Below, in pieces: positions 38,200-46,585 of a stretch of 64,000 bases of DNA. A program made the position numbers and the translations under genes. Location of the stretch: the IMG/VR virus record IMGVR_UViG_3300046665_000548, positions 372,001 to 436,000 of that record; one strand, given 5' to 3'. The notes under the pieces were generated by a model. It saw nothing but the letters and a program-made list of their open reading frames with translations, did no database searches and was not told the origin of the DNA. Position 1 is the stretch's first letter; every line of letters begins with the position of its first letter.

Positions 38200-38480
38200 T
38201 GCTGAGCACCATGCCATCTCAGCTTAAACAGTATCGCGTGCTTCGGATTGTCGAACATATACATCACGTTTTCCGGTAGTCCCCCGATATACCCCTCATT
38301 CCAATACGTCCAATTGTCAGTATACATTGAACCGACGTGATCCATACACCAAAAGAGCCGCGCTTCGGCGGTTGGGCCTGTCGGGAGAGTGATGATATGC
38401 GGAAACCGCATCATCTCTGCGCGAACCTCTTCCAGCCTCTTTTGGGCTTGTTCCTCTGGCGTAAGATCGTCAATCATCAT
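38196..38480 (-). CDS. Small motif-family protein coupled to rSAM6
   Basis: MFDNPKHAILFKLRW; ATGA overlap with the rSAM6 start. Confidence 0.65.
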   Translation of the reverse strand: MMIDDLTPEEQAQKRLEEVRAEMMRFPHIITLPTGPTAEARLFWCMDHVGSMYTDNWTYWNEGYIGGLPENVMYMFDNPKHAILFKLRWHGAQQ

Positions 38481-39915
38481 TACCCATGACTGAGTCGAAC
38501 CAACCGTCAATGTCCTCTTGGGGTTCGGCTTCCGCAGACTCGCCACGCAGCCACGAACCAAGCTCGGGTGGGAACGTCGCGTAGATGTCCTTTCCACGTC
38601 GCTTGTCATACTGCTCGTAGAAGTTCTTAAAATCTGCAACCAGCCGTTCCATCGGAGCCGGGTCGGCATGTGGCTCATCCGCGTTGCGCAGATAGTTGAT
38701 CAAGCGCTCGGTGTGTTCCTTCTCGTGGTCCTGAAACAGCGGTCGGTTTGTTTTGCTGCACAGTTCACCGGCCGCCAACGTCTTGCGCAGCCAAGCCTCA
38801 AGCTTGTCAGCGATGGATTGCCGGATAGCAAGCGGCAGCACGAGAGGGCTTTGGAACGTCGGCCAACGCAGGATATTCATGGTGATGGCTGGAAAGTTAT
38901 GGTGATAACTGCGCTTCATTTCCATCACGTCATCCAAGAACTCAGTGATCGAGAACAGGCACAGGCTATTGATCGTCATCATACAGTGCAGGCTCTTAAC
39001 GTTGCCATGCGTTGCGAGATGATGAATATTCGCCTTCCATTGCTTGTAGTCCATTCCGTCACGGATGTACTCGGCTTGTGCACCGAATGCTTCGCACGAC
39101 GTGTAGATGTCGAGGTTATCCACGGCATGGCTCTTCGTAACCAGTCGATCAATGAACTCTTGTTTCGCGCCCAAATTTGAATTGATCGCGAAATGCATTT
39201 TCGTGCCTGGGTTCTTCTCGAACCAGTCAAATAGCCGCCAAACATCGACGCTCATCAACGGCTCGCCGCCAGTGATGCGAATCTGCTGGAGCGTCTGAGT
39301 CAATTCAGGCCACCACTTCCAGAACGCCTCGATATACGGATTTGGCTGAGCGCGCCCGAAAGGCGCTGCGCTAGGATGGGTGTGCGTGTAGTGCTGGCGC
39401 TTATCGGATGATAGCCCGGTGTACGGCCCGTCCGTCTTGATGTCTTTCACCCACGTGGTGGAAAATGACGGATTGCAGTACGAACAAGCAAAGTTGCACG
39501 TCCTGTCGAAAGCAATTTCGAGGGTCTTTAGCGATGCATCATCATCTGGGTCAGCCGCTGCCATGGCTGCGATCTCTTTGTCTGTAGAGATAAGAGTCTT
39601 CCAAACACGGTCCGACACCACCTCAGGACCAAGGTCTTCAAACTTCCAGCAATATTCGCACTCGCTAGGACGCTCGCCTTCGAGCATCAGCTTACGCATC
39701 TTCTTCTTGTGCCGCGTGTTATGAATGGCACTTGGATTGTGCTGGATTTCTTCGACCTCGATCTGATGCGATGGCGGGTGATGACACGAAGCAGTTTGGC
39801 CACCGGCAAGCCAAATAGTGGCGTTGTTCCACTTAGCGGCGCAGAACGACTTAGATACGGGATCGATTACCCGAGCCTTGTAGTCGAGATAGCTTTCGAT
39901 GTTATTCTTAGGCAT
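38470..39915 (-). CDS. Radical SAM enzyme 7 (class B)
   Basis: FCAAKW..SCHHP..ECEYCW; CNFACSYC; GGEP. Confidence 0.92.
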   Translation of the reverse strand: MPKNNIESYLDYKARVIDPVSKSFCAAKWNNATIWLAGGQTASCHHPPSHQIEVEEIQHNPSAIHNTRHKKKMRKLMLEGERPSECEYCWKFEDLGPEVVSDRVWKTLISTDKEIAAMAAADPDDDASLKTLEIAFDRTCNFACSYCNPSFSTTWVKDIKTDGPYTGLSSDKRQHYTHTHPSAAPFGRAQPNPYIEAFWKWWPELTQTLQQIRITGGEPLMSVDVWRLFDWFEKNPGTKMHFAINSNLGAKQEFIDRLVTKSHAVDNLDIYTSCEAFGAQAEYIRDGMDYKQWKANIHHLATHGNVKSLHCMMTINSLCLFSITEFLDDVMEMKRSYHHNFPAITMNILRWPTFQSPLVLPLAIRQSIADKLEAWLRKTLAAGELCSKTNRPLFQDHEKEHTERLINYLRNADEPHADPAPMERLVADFKNFYEQYDKRRGKDIYATFPPELGSWLRGESAEAEPQEDIDGWFDSVMGNDD

Positions 39916-40127
39916 TAAATTTGGTCACTCCAGAACATCTTGTATAGCACGCGGTCTTTCGGATCGGCAAAATGAACGTAATAGTTCCCTACCCCATGTC
40001 CGAAACTAAACGCGCCGTTCGTCTGCTCAAATACCCATTCTGCCGCATCGAGAAAGTGCGTGTTCCATGTACCGTGCCGCCAAGGGTGAGGCATCAGTTC
40101 GCATTCGTACGAAAATATCTTCATCAT
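39915..40127 (-). CDS. Small motif-family protein coupled to rSAM7 (start uncertain)
   Basis: VHFADPKDRVLYKMFW; TAATG overlap with the rSAM7 start. Confidence 0.6.
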   Translation of the reverse strand: MMKIFSYECELMPHPWRHGTWNTHFLDAAEWVFEQTNGAFSFGHGVGNYYVHFADPKDRVLYKMFWSDQI

Positions 40128-40216
40128 TGTTCGGCAGTGACATTTTGCCGTAGCTGAAGTTATGCTCCGTACGATTTTCTCCATACATGGAGTGCACTTC
40201 ATGTCGAGAGGAAAAC

Positions 40217-41620
40217 CTATTGGGCTGCTGTTCGACATAGTTCCCAAAAGTCTTCCATCTCTGGGAAGCTCTCCAAGAATTTCGTACCTCGACGGCGATC
40301 ATGTTCAGTAAAGAAGCGAAAGAAATCGGCGCGATCACGCTTCAGCTTCTCTGGCGGAAGCTGATCACCTGCCCGCATCCATTCGAGATCGCGTTCAAGC
40401 TTGCTGATCTCGTAATCCTTCACACCTCGCAAGAACGTGTCGGACGTTTCGATCTTCGTTTTGAGGTATTCGATATCATCGGCCAGGATGTCTCGATAGC
40501 GCTGCGGAAGAATCTGGATTGACTGCCACGCAGGCGTACTCAACAGGGGAGGATCGAACCAGATCAATTGGCGATCATCATTGAACTCCTGCCGCATCTG
40601 AATGATCTGATCCAACAATGGTCGCAGCGAAGTGATCGACATAACGTTCATCGTGATGATGTACGAGATAGATCGACGCGCCGGTTTTTCGAGATACTTG
40701 CGTGAGTTCTCCAGCATGTAGTCGAAGTTCATGCCGTGACGAATGTACTCGGCCTTCTTGCCGTACGCGTCTACGCTCACGAACGTCATCAAATGCTCAA
40801 CTGCGCACTGATCCGTTATCGTGTTGGCCTGTTCGATAAACTTAGCGAACAGGCGAGGATCGGGACAAAAATTTGAGGTGAGACCAAGCTGAAGGTCCGG
40901 CTTTGGATTCTTGATGATGTAATCGAACACCTTGTAGGTGTTCTTGTCCATCAACGGCTCCCCTCCGGTCATGCGGAAATGCTTCAGGCCCTTGTACATT
41001 TCAGGCCACCATTTCCAGAAAGCGTCCACATAAGGATTGGCATCCTTGTGGGGGATCGGCATAAGCCCTTTCTGCCTTAAGTGCTCGATGCTATTGTGAG
41101 GCAAGGTGGTAGGGTACGGACCAAAGCGCTCAACCTCCTCGCGCCACGTGGTAGACAGATGGGGGCTGCAATAGCTGCATTTGAAATTGCAGGCAGAGTT
41201 GAAATTGACCTCGACATATCGCGGCGACACATCCCAATCCCAAGGATGCTCCATGATCTCATCGAACGTTTCCATGGCCCATTGTTCGCCAGACCGATAG
41301 TGGCGGTCGCTGAGATGGTCTCCAGGCTGATCTTCGATATTCCAGCAATACTGACACTCGGACGGCCGGTCGCCCTCCAGCATCATCTTGCGCATGCGCT
41401 TCTTATGCTGCGTGTTATGGAGCGCGGTCGGGTTAACGGCGAGTTCATCAAGCGGCACCTTGTGCACGCGAGGATGATAACAGCTTTGCGTCAGGCCCGC
41501 AGTGAGATTTATCGATACCTGATGCCACTTTGCGATGCACATACCCGGCCCGACTGAATCCAGCTTGGGCTTCACCTGTTCTGCGTTCGTCAGGTAGACG
41601 CTTTTGATCTTATCGTTCAT
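40217..41620 (-). CDS. Radical SAM enzyme 8 (class B)
   Basis: MCIAKW..SCYHP..ECQYCW; CNFKCSYC; GGEP. Confidence 0.92.
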   Translation of the reverse strand: MNDKIKSVYLTNAEQVKPKLDSVGPGMCIAKWHQVSINLTAGLTQSCYHPRVHKVPLDELAVNPTALHNTQHKKRMRKMMLEGDRPSECQYCWNIEDQPGDHLSDRHYRSGEQWAMETFDEIMEHPWDWDVSPRYVEVNFNSACNFKCSYCSPHLSTTWREEVERFGPYPTTLPHNSIEHLRQKGLMPIPHKDANPYVDAFWKWWPEMYKGLKHFRMTGGEPLMDKNTYKVFDYIIKNPKPDLQLGLTSNFCPDPRLFAKFIEQANTITDQCAVEHLMTFVSVDAYGKKAEYIRHGMNFDYMLENSRKYLEKPARRSISYIITMNVMSITSLRPLLDQIIQMRQEFNDDRQLIWFDPPLLSTPAWQSIQILPQRYRDILADDIEYLKTKIETSDTFLRGVKDYEISKLERDLEWMRAGDQLPPEKLKRDRADFFRFFTEHDRRRGTKFLESFPEMEDFWELCRTAAQ

Positions 41621-41808
41621 GCGAATCTCAGCTTAAAAATCACAGCGTCTCTTTCAGACGAAAACCAATACGTCCACGTGGCAGTGCCATCGTGATGATA
41701 GTGCGCGAAATCATAGGTGACGTTGTTTGATCGATAATCGCGAACCCACCCACTCATCCTATTGATTCGATCAAAAGTCACTTTATTGCGGAACGAAACC
41801 TTAATCAT
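41617..41808 (-). CDS. Small motif-family protein (63 aa) coupled to rSAM8
   Basis: Ends WFSSERDAVIFKLRFA; ATGA overlap. Confidence 0.75.
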   Translation of the reverse strand: MIKVSFRNKVTFDRINRMSGWVRDYRSNNVTYDFAHYHHDGTATWTYWFSSERDAVIFKLRFA

Positions 41809-41996
41809 GCGAATCTCAGCTTGAAGATAACGGCGTCGCGTTCGGAATGAAAATAATACGAGAAAGTGCGCGTACCGTCATCATTCAGGTTTCTAAAACG
41901 GGGTTCTACTTTATCTGTTCGGTAGAATTCTATCCAATTGAGCATCGTATAGATATCCAACCCTGTCATCTTTTTCCTGATCTTAACCTCAGTCAT
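41805..41996 (-). CDS. Small motif-family protein (63 aa), tandem paralog of 41617..41808
   Basis: Ends YFHSERDAVIFKLRFA; the last 18 nt are identical to those of the neighbour. Confidence 0.75.
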   Translation of the reverse strand: MTEVKIRKKMTGLDIYTMLNWIEFYRTDKVEPRFRNLNDDGTRTFSYYFHSERDAVIFKLRFA

Positions 41997-42912
41997 TTCG
42001 CAAGTGAAAGCTCTCACGGAAGAACTCCGACTCATCGGCGCTCAGGATCGGGAGGGCTATCTTTGTCTGTTTGGACACCTCTGCCCCGTACTGGGCCAAC
42101 AGTTCACCCATACGGCCCTGCGGAGGCCCCTGGCGGCTTCCTTCCTTAATGGCGGACTCGCCGCCCAGCATGTCCACAACGCCTCCCCAGAGGCTCTGGA
42201 ACCAGTCGTAATCACGGATCGGGGTGTAATCCCAGTCTAGGTCACACATGTGCGCCCAACCCATACGAGTTCCGAGCATGGCAAACATGCCATTATCGAA
42301 GTCTGCACCGACGCACGCCCAAATACGGACGTTGCGCAGGTTCACCGGGTGAAGCTGCTTCTTCATCCGCTCAGGATCGACGCGCCCTCCCCGATCTAGG
42401 GTCAGCTTGACCGCCTCGCGATAACCGACGCGGAAAGCCTGATAGGCAGAACCGTTGACCCAAACCTCGGAGAACGTCTTGTGGACCTGCTTGTAATCGT
42501 CTTCCCAACAGAAATCGACAGCCTTGCGGGGGTCATCGGCATTTTCGTGTGAATTCATGTTTAGCACGAAGTTTTTTGACCAAAGCTTTAGGCCGCCGTT
42601 GCCGTACATAAGACCATTGATCATGTTTACCCCATTCCAAGAGAAACACCTATTCGGGGTCGCTTTGGGATCGAACTCTACCATTTCATCGAAGAATTCG
42701 GGGCGGACAATATTGTCTGCGTCAACAGTTACGAACCAATCGGTCTCGGACTGCTCGGCACAGGCCCTATGGGCGGCATCAAAGCCTTTAACGCCATGCA
42801 CGCGCTTGGCCCAAGGAGCCTTTTCGCATAGATCGGCGTAATGCTTGTCCGCGTTGGGCTCATCGTAGCTTAAAAAGAAGCTGTCGAATTCAGATACATG
42901 AAAGGATGGCAT
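41989..42912 (-). CDS. GT-A fold glycosyltransferase-like protein (GT2-like)
   Basis: FLSYDEPNA..HGVKG..AH..WFVTVDADN (DxD motif). Confidence 0.7.
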   Translation of the reverse strand: MPSFHVSEFDSFFLSYDEPNADKHYADLCEKAPWAKRVHGVKGFDAAHRACAEQSETDWFVTVDADNIVRPEFFDEMVEFDPKATPNRCFSWNGVNMINGLMYGNGGLKLWSKNFVLNMNSHENADDPRKAVDFCWEDDYKQVHKTFSEVWVNGSAYQAFRVGYREAVKLTLDRGGRVDPERMKKQLHPVNLRNVRIWACVGADFDNGMFAMLGTRMGWAHMCDLDWDYTPIRDYDWFQSLWGGVVDMLGGESAIKEGSRQGPPQGRMGELLAQYGAEVSKQTKIALPILSADESEFFRESFHLRND

Positions 42913-42947
42913 TGCTATTGGTAACTCGTTCTAAACTGAAAGTCGAT

Positions 42948-44408
42948 TTAACGCACTAACCTGCAAGATTTGAATATTCGTTTTGTCCAAAGACCGAAAT
43001 CTAACTTCACATCGGTGCGAACCTGCACCGCTACCCGGCCATCTCGCATTAGCGGTTCAACTGGGACTTGGAAGCGTTCGTAAAACTCGCTGAGATCGCC
43101 GCGTCTGGCCATTACGAATGGTAGATATTCGAAGCCAAAGATTATACCCTCTTGGGCTTCGTGCTCATATTCCACCTCAAACACGATCTCATTTGTGTCT
43201 TCCTTTGGCGTGGCGGTCAATCCGACGCGATCAGGCACCTCAAACGTCAGAGGCACCTCATACCAATTTTCGTCAATAATTTCTTTACCGACGACGAAGC
43301 GATCTTTCATTACCATGTTTTCGAAGACCAACGGCAACATGATGTCGAATCGATCCATGATCAGATGATCCGGAATATCGATGTCAAGATATCCAGTCTG
43401 TACTAGATGGTAGAACGATATACGGGCGGTGTGCAGCAAGTAACCTGGATTGTCGCGGATCGTAAACAATACGGGCATATCGTTCAGGTCTCGGTCGTAT
43501 ACTGCTCCATCTTTCTTGTCGAATTCGAATTGGATTTTGCGCTCATCCCTATAGACGGCAACGACCAGACCCGGCGCGTATTCGGTCTCCCAAGGAACAC
43601 GCACAACGTCGCAAAAATGACCTTCAGGAAGAGGAAGCAGGTTCGAGACAAAGAAGCTCGATTGACGTTGCACGCCATCGAAAATATCCGGAATGTACAC
43701 GTCATACGGTTGAGACGGATCAAGACCCAACGGAAAGATCAAGTCTCCATTCCGAAGGTCGGACATCTTGACCTTCGCGCCCTGATAGATCGTCGCCATG
43801 TCCTCAGGTGCGGTGAATAGTATCGTGAACTCTTCGACCTCAGACGCTAGTTCGACGCCTGGGCTGAGTAACAATCGAAGCATGAATTTGCGCTCATCGA
43901 CGCCGATGCGCAGCAATAGAATTGCCGAACCCTGCGGGCGCTCGTCTGTTATCCTTGCCCAGCCATCGCGTTGAATGAGTTTAACGAGACGATTTTTTGA
44001 ATTACGCGGAAGCAATTTCGGATTCACGCGATCCGTCGTCGTGTAACCAATGATCCAATCGTCTGTTGGAAGCTCGCCAGAACTAAGCTGTTCAGCAATA
44101 TCTCGCGGGATGGTGGCGCAATCGTACTGACGTGCTAATTCGTCAGAGGGATGGAAACAAACCGCTCGAATAGTACCTACTCTGTCGTAATAGACTAAGC
44201 CATTCAACTCTTGCTTTGCTTCTGGAGTGTCGTTCCAGATACTTCGCGTGTATAGACCTTCGTACTCTGGGAGCACGCGCGGCGAAATTGCAATGACGCC
44301 GCCGTCTTCGTCCTCATAAATGTAGACGAAAGTCTGCTCCTCAGCGGCGGAGGCAGCAATGTCAGCTTCGATTTCGTCAAACCATGAATCAAGCTCTTTT
44401 TCTGCCAT
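42948..44408 (-). CDS. Acidic hypothetical protein with three internal ~100-aa repeats
   Basis: 486 aa; repeated pattern of an I-x-F strand, a P-(V/F)-L-F-(T/V) strand and a D-(I/V/F)-x-(L/I) end. Confidence 0.6.
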   Translation of the reverse strand: MAEKELDSWFDEIEADIAASAAEEQTFVYIYEDEDGGVIAISPRVLPEYEGLYTRSIWNDTPEAKQELNGLVYYDRVGTIRAVCFHPSDELARQYDCATIPRDIAEQLSSGELPTDDWIIGYTTTDRVNPKLLPRNSKNRLVKLIQRDGWARITDERPQGSAILLLRIGVDERKFMLRLLLSPGVELASEVEEFTILFTAPEDMATIYQGAKVKMSDLRNGDLIFPLGLDPSQPYDVYIPDIFDGVQRQSSFFVSNLLPLPEGHFCDVVRVPWETEYAPGLVVAVYRDERKIQFEFDKKDGAVYDRDLNDMPVLFTIRDNPGYLLHTARISFYHLVQTGYLDIDIPDHLIMDRFDIMLPLVFENMVMKDRFVVGKEIIDENWYEVPLTFEVPDRVGLTATPKEDTNEIVFEVEYEHEAQEGIIFGFEYLPFVMARRGDLSEFYERFQVPVEPLMRDGRVAVQVRTDVKLDFGLWTKRIFKSCRLVR

Positions 44409-45280
44409 CAGATGCCAAGCGCCTTCTCGAAGGTAGTGATCATTTCGTTAGTCAAGAAACTCTTCCAGTGATAATGCACGGGTAAGTGCTGGCGATAAAG
44501 CCCTAGCTTGAGTTGAAGATCGCTTGTGAGTGAAGGGCGCACATGTTTGATCCACTCTTCTGAAGCGATCCCTTCAGGCCAGTTTTGAACTTGTGAACGC
44601 ATGTGCACGAAGCGAGGTGCTGGTAGAGTAGAGGTGCATTCTCCGGTAATATCAAGGAGCTTCATGGCGAGACCAAACACTACGTCGGTCGAGACAATTT
44701 TTGGACGCGTATCCGGCTCCAGATACTCGTGAAAGAACGTCTGCCAATTGTGAAATATGATCTCGCTTAGATTGAAGAACTCTTCTGCCATCTCGCTGTA
44801 GCGGAAGAATGTGAACGCGCTGTACACGTTAGGCAGGTTGTTTGCCGTAAACGTCTTTCGATAATAATCGCTCGTTACGAGTTCTCCGCGATAGGTTTCG
44901 ACCTGCGTGCAAGCAAAAATATCGTTCTCGAACAAAGACCACCAGTTCGACACGTCGCTGAGAAACAACATGTCGGCATCCAGCTTCACCGTCTCCTTAT
45001 ACGGAGTTACGTGATACGCCTTCCATTCATTCTCAAGCTTCCAGGTGCTATCGCGTGCTTCGTCCACCCAAGGAATATCGATAACGTGGTCAAACACGGC
45101 TCGGTACTTGTCAGGCACAGTCATTCCCGGCGTAATCGCAACTGAGAGATGTGACGCTTCTTCTGGCTGGGTAGCCTTGAGGCTTAGAGCCAAGGCGTAA
45201 GCCATGCGCAAGTAATCCATTTCGCCGCCATTCTGGGCAAACGTGAGATATCCGCGTTCTCGCTTGAAATCTCGGGTCAC
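44408..45280 (-). CDS. Nucleotide-diphospho-sugar transferase (GT-A, GT8-like)
   Basis: RGYLTFAQN, TPYKETVKLDADML; GTG start overlapping the upstream stop. Confidence 0.75.
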   Translation of the reverse strand: MTRDFKRERGYLTFAQNGGEMDYLRMAYALALSLKATQPEEASHLSVAITPGMTVPDKYRAVFDHVIDIPWVDEARDSTWKLENEWKAYHVTPYKETVKLDADMLFLSDVSNWWSLFENDIFACTQVETYRGELVTSDYYRKTFTANNLPNVYSAFTFFRYSEMAEEFFNLSEIIFHNWQTFFHEYLEPDTRPKIVSTDVVFGLAMKLLDITGECTSTLPAPRFVHMRSQVQNWPEGIASEEWIKHVRPSLTSDLQLKLGLYRQHLPVHYHWKSFLTNEMITTFEKALGI

Positions 45281-46167
45281 TGATACACCTCTAATAGCTT
45301 GTCCGCGTGGCGAATAATTGAAAACTTGTTCATGCAATGCACGTTGATGTTTTTGACCTTCGTGAGCCTGAACATCCAACGTTCTTTGGGATCATTTACG
45401 AAGAACAGCAATTCGTTCTTACCCAAAACGCCATACAGTTCGTCACAGTCGAAGCTGGAGAATATAGCGGGCGTTGGAAGCGCGGGTATTCCGTCGCGCT
45501 CGATGAAACCGTTCATCATGTGAATGGCAATAGAGAACGCGTAGTCATTTCTGAACATGCGGCCCTTGAAGCCATACACGAGTTGATAGAATTCGTAATT
45601 CTCTCTCACGGCGGTCACCAGATCGAAGAGAAGTTCCGCTGTTTCTGACTTGCGGAAATAAACGCAGGTTGCCCAATACATCGGAATCGTGAATGGGTCG
45701 AGAAAGCGTTCTTCCGTGCTTGGAAGCTGATGATCAAGCGTCCTTGCTTCTTTGTTGATCATGATAGGGTTGTTCGATCCCCATACGAGATCGAGCGTGG
45801 AATCCAGGACCAGATAGTCGCAATCGATCAACACGGTTTCTTCGTACGGAGTCAACTCATACGCGCTACGGCGACCGCCGTTATGCCATGGCACTGTATG
45901 TGTCGTGCTGAGAGTGTCATGGAAACGTCGCTCGGAAGTACCCTCATGGGCGTCCTTCCAAGACCTGACTACGATATGATCGAATGCCTTGTTGATTACT
46001 TCTTCGGTATGCGCCGCGTTAAGGTAATCAATCGTACCCTGGTCGGTAACCAGCGTAATATTGTTCTCTTTCAGATTGGCCTTGATCATTCGCGCGTTCA
46101 CGAGAGCGATCAGACCGTAATCGATCTTTTCGTTATTGTGCGCGAACATTAGAAAACCGCGTGACAT
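45277..46167 (-). CDS. Nucleotide-diphospho-sugar transferase (GT-A), paralog of 44408..45280
   Basis: RGFLMFAHN, TPYEETVLIDCDYL, RNDYAFSIA. Confidence 0.75.
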   Translation of the reverse strand: MSRGFLMFAHNNEKIDYGLIALVNARMIKANLKENNITLVTDQGTIDYLNAAHTEEVINKAFDHIVVRSWKDAHEGTSERRFHDTLSTTHTVPWHNGGRRSAYELTPYEETVLIDCDYLVLDSTLDLVWGSNNPIMINKEARTLDHQLPSTEERFLDPFTIPMYWATCVYFRKSETAELLFDLVTAVRENYEFYQLVYGFKGRMFRNDYAFSIAIHMMNGFIERDGIPALPTPAIFSSFDCDELYGVLGKNELLFFVNDPKERWMFRLTKVKNINVHCMNKFSIIRHADKLLEVYQ

Positions 46168-46514
46168 CAGACCCCCAGCAGTGACTTGACTGTCCGTGCC
46201 TTGCGAATAGTTTCGTAGTCGTGATGAAACTCGTTGGTCGCCTCTGCATATTTGGCGAGCATTTCGTCCATGACTTCTTCGAGATTTTCAATCATGACGG
46301 GATTGCCGTTGTTGTCGATGATAATCGTCCCGGTATCGCCTCGCTTAACGAGTAGATCGACAAAGGCAATTAGTTGCGGGGTGACAGTAAAAATTCCGCC
46401 ATTTTTCGCGTACAGGCAATTATTGCTGAAACGCAGCTTGGCGTTCTCTTTTTGCTGAACAATACCTAGCTTGTAGTTGGCGTGGCTCAGGGCTTTTTGA
46501 AGCCGATCATCCAT
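46167..46514 (-). CDS. Hypothetical protein, first gene of the modification locus
   Basis: MDDRLQKALSHANY..; GAGGAGG SD; TGATG coupling to the GT gene. Confidence 0.65.
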   Translation of the reverse strand: MDDRLQKALSHANYKLGIVQQKENAKLRFSNNCLYAKNGGIFTVTPQLIAFVDLLVKRGDTGTIIIDNNGNPVMIENLEEVMDEMLAKYAEATNEFHHDYETIRKARTVKSLLGV

Positions 46515-46560
46515 AAAAAAACCTCCTCTAACGTATGGGTTAGCATACATCGAGGAGGTT
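46515..46560 (-). terminator. Terminator-like hairpin that also sequesters the SD of 46167..46514
   Basis: Minus strand AACCTCCTC..ATGTATG-CTAACC-CATACGT..GAGGAGGTT followed by a T-run and ATG. Confidence 0.7.
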
Positions 46561-46585
46561 CAAGAGTCGAAATATTTTGACCGTC

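Noticed and set aside
27814-46167. Firm assignment of the locus to DNA hypermodification
   Set aside because: No nucleotide hydroxymethylase, TET/JBP dioxygenase or modified-nucleotide kinase is visible in this window. Kept only as an alternative hypothesis.
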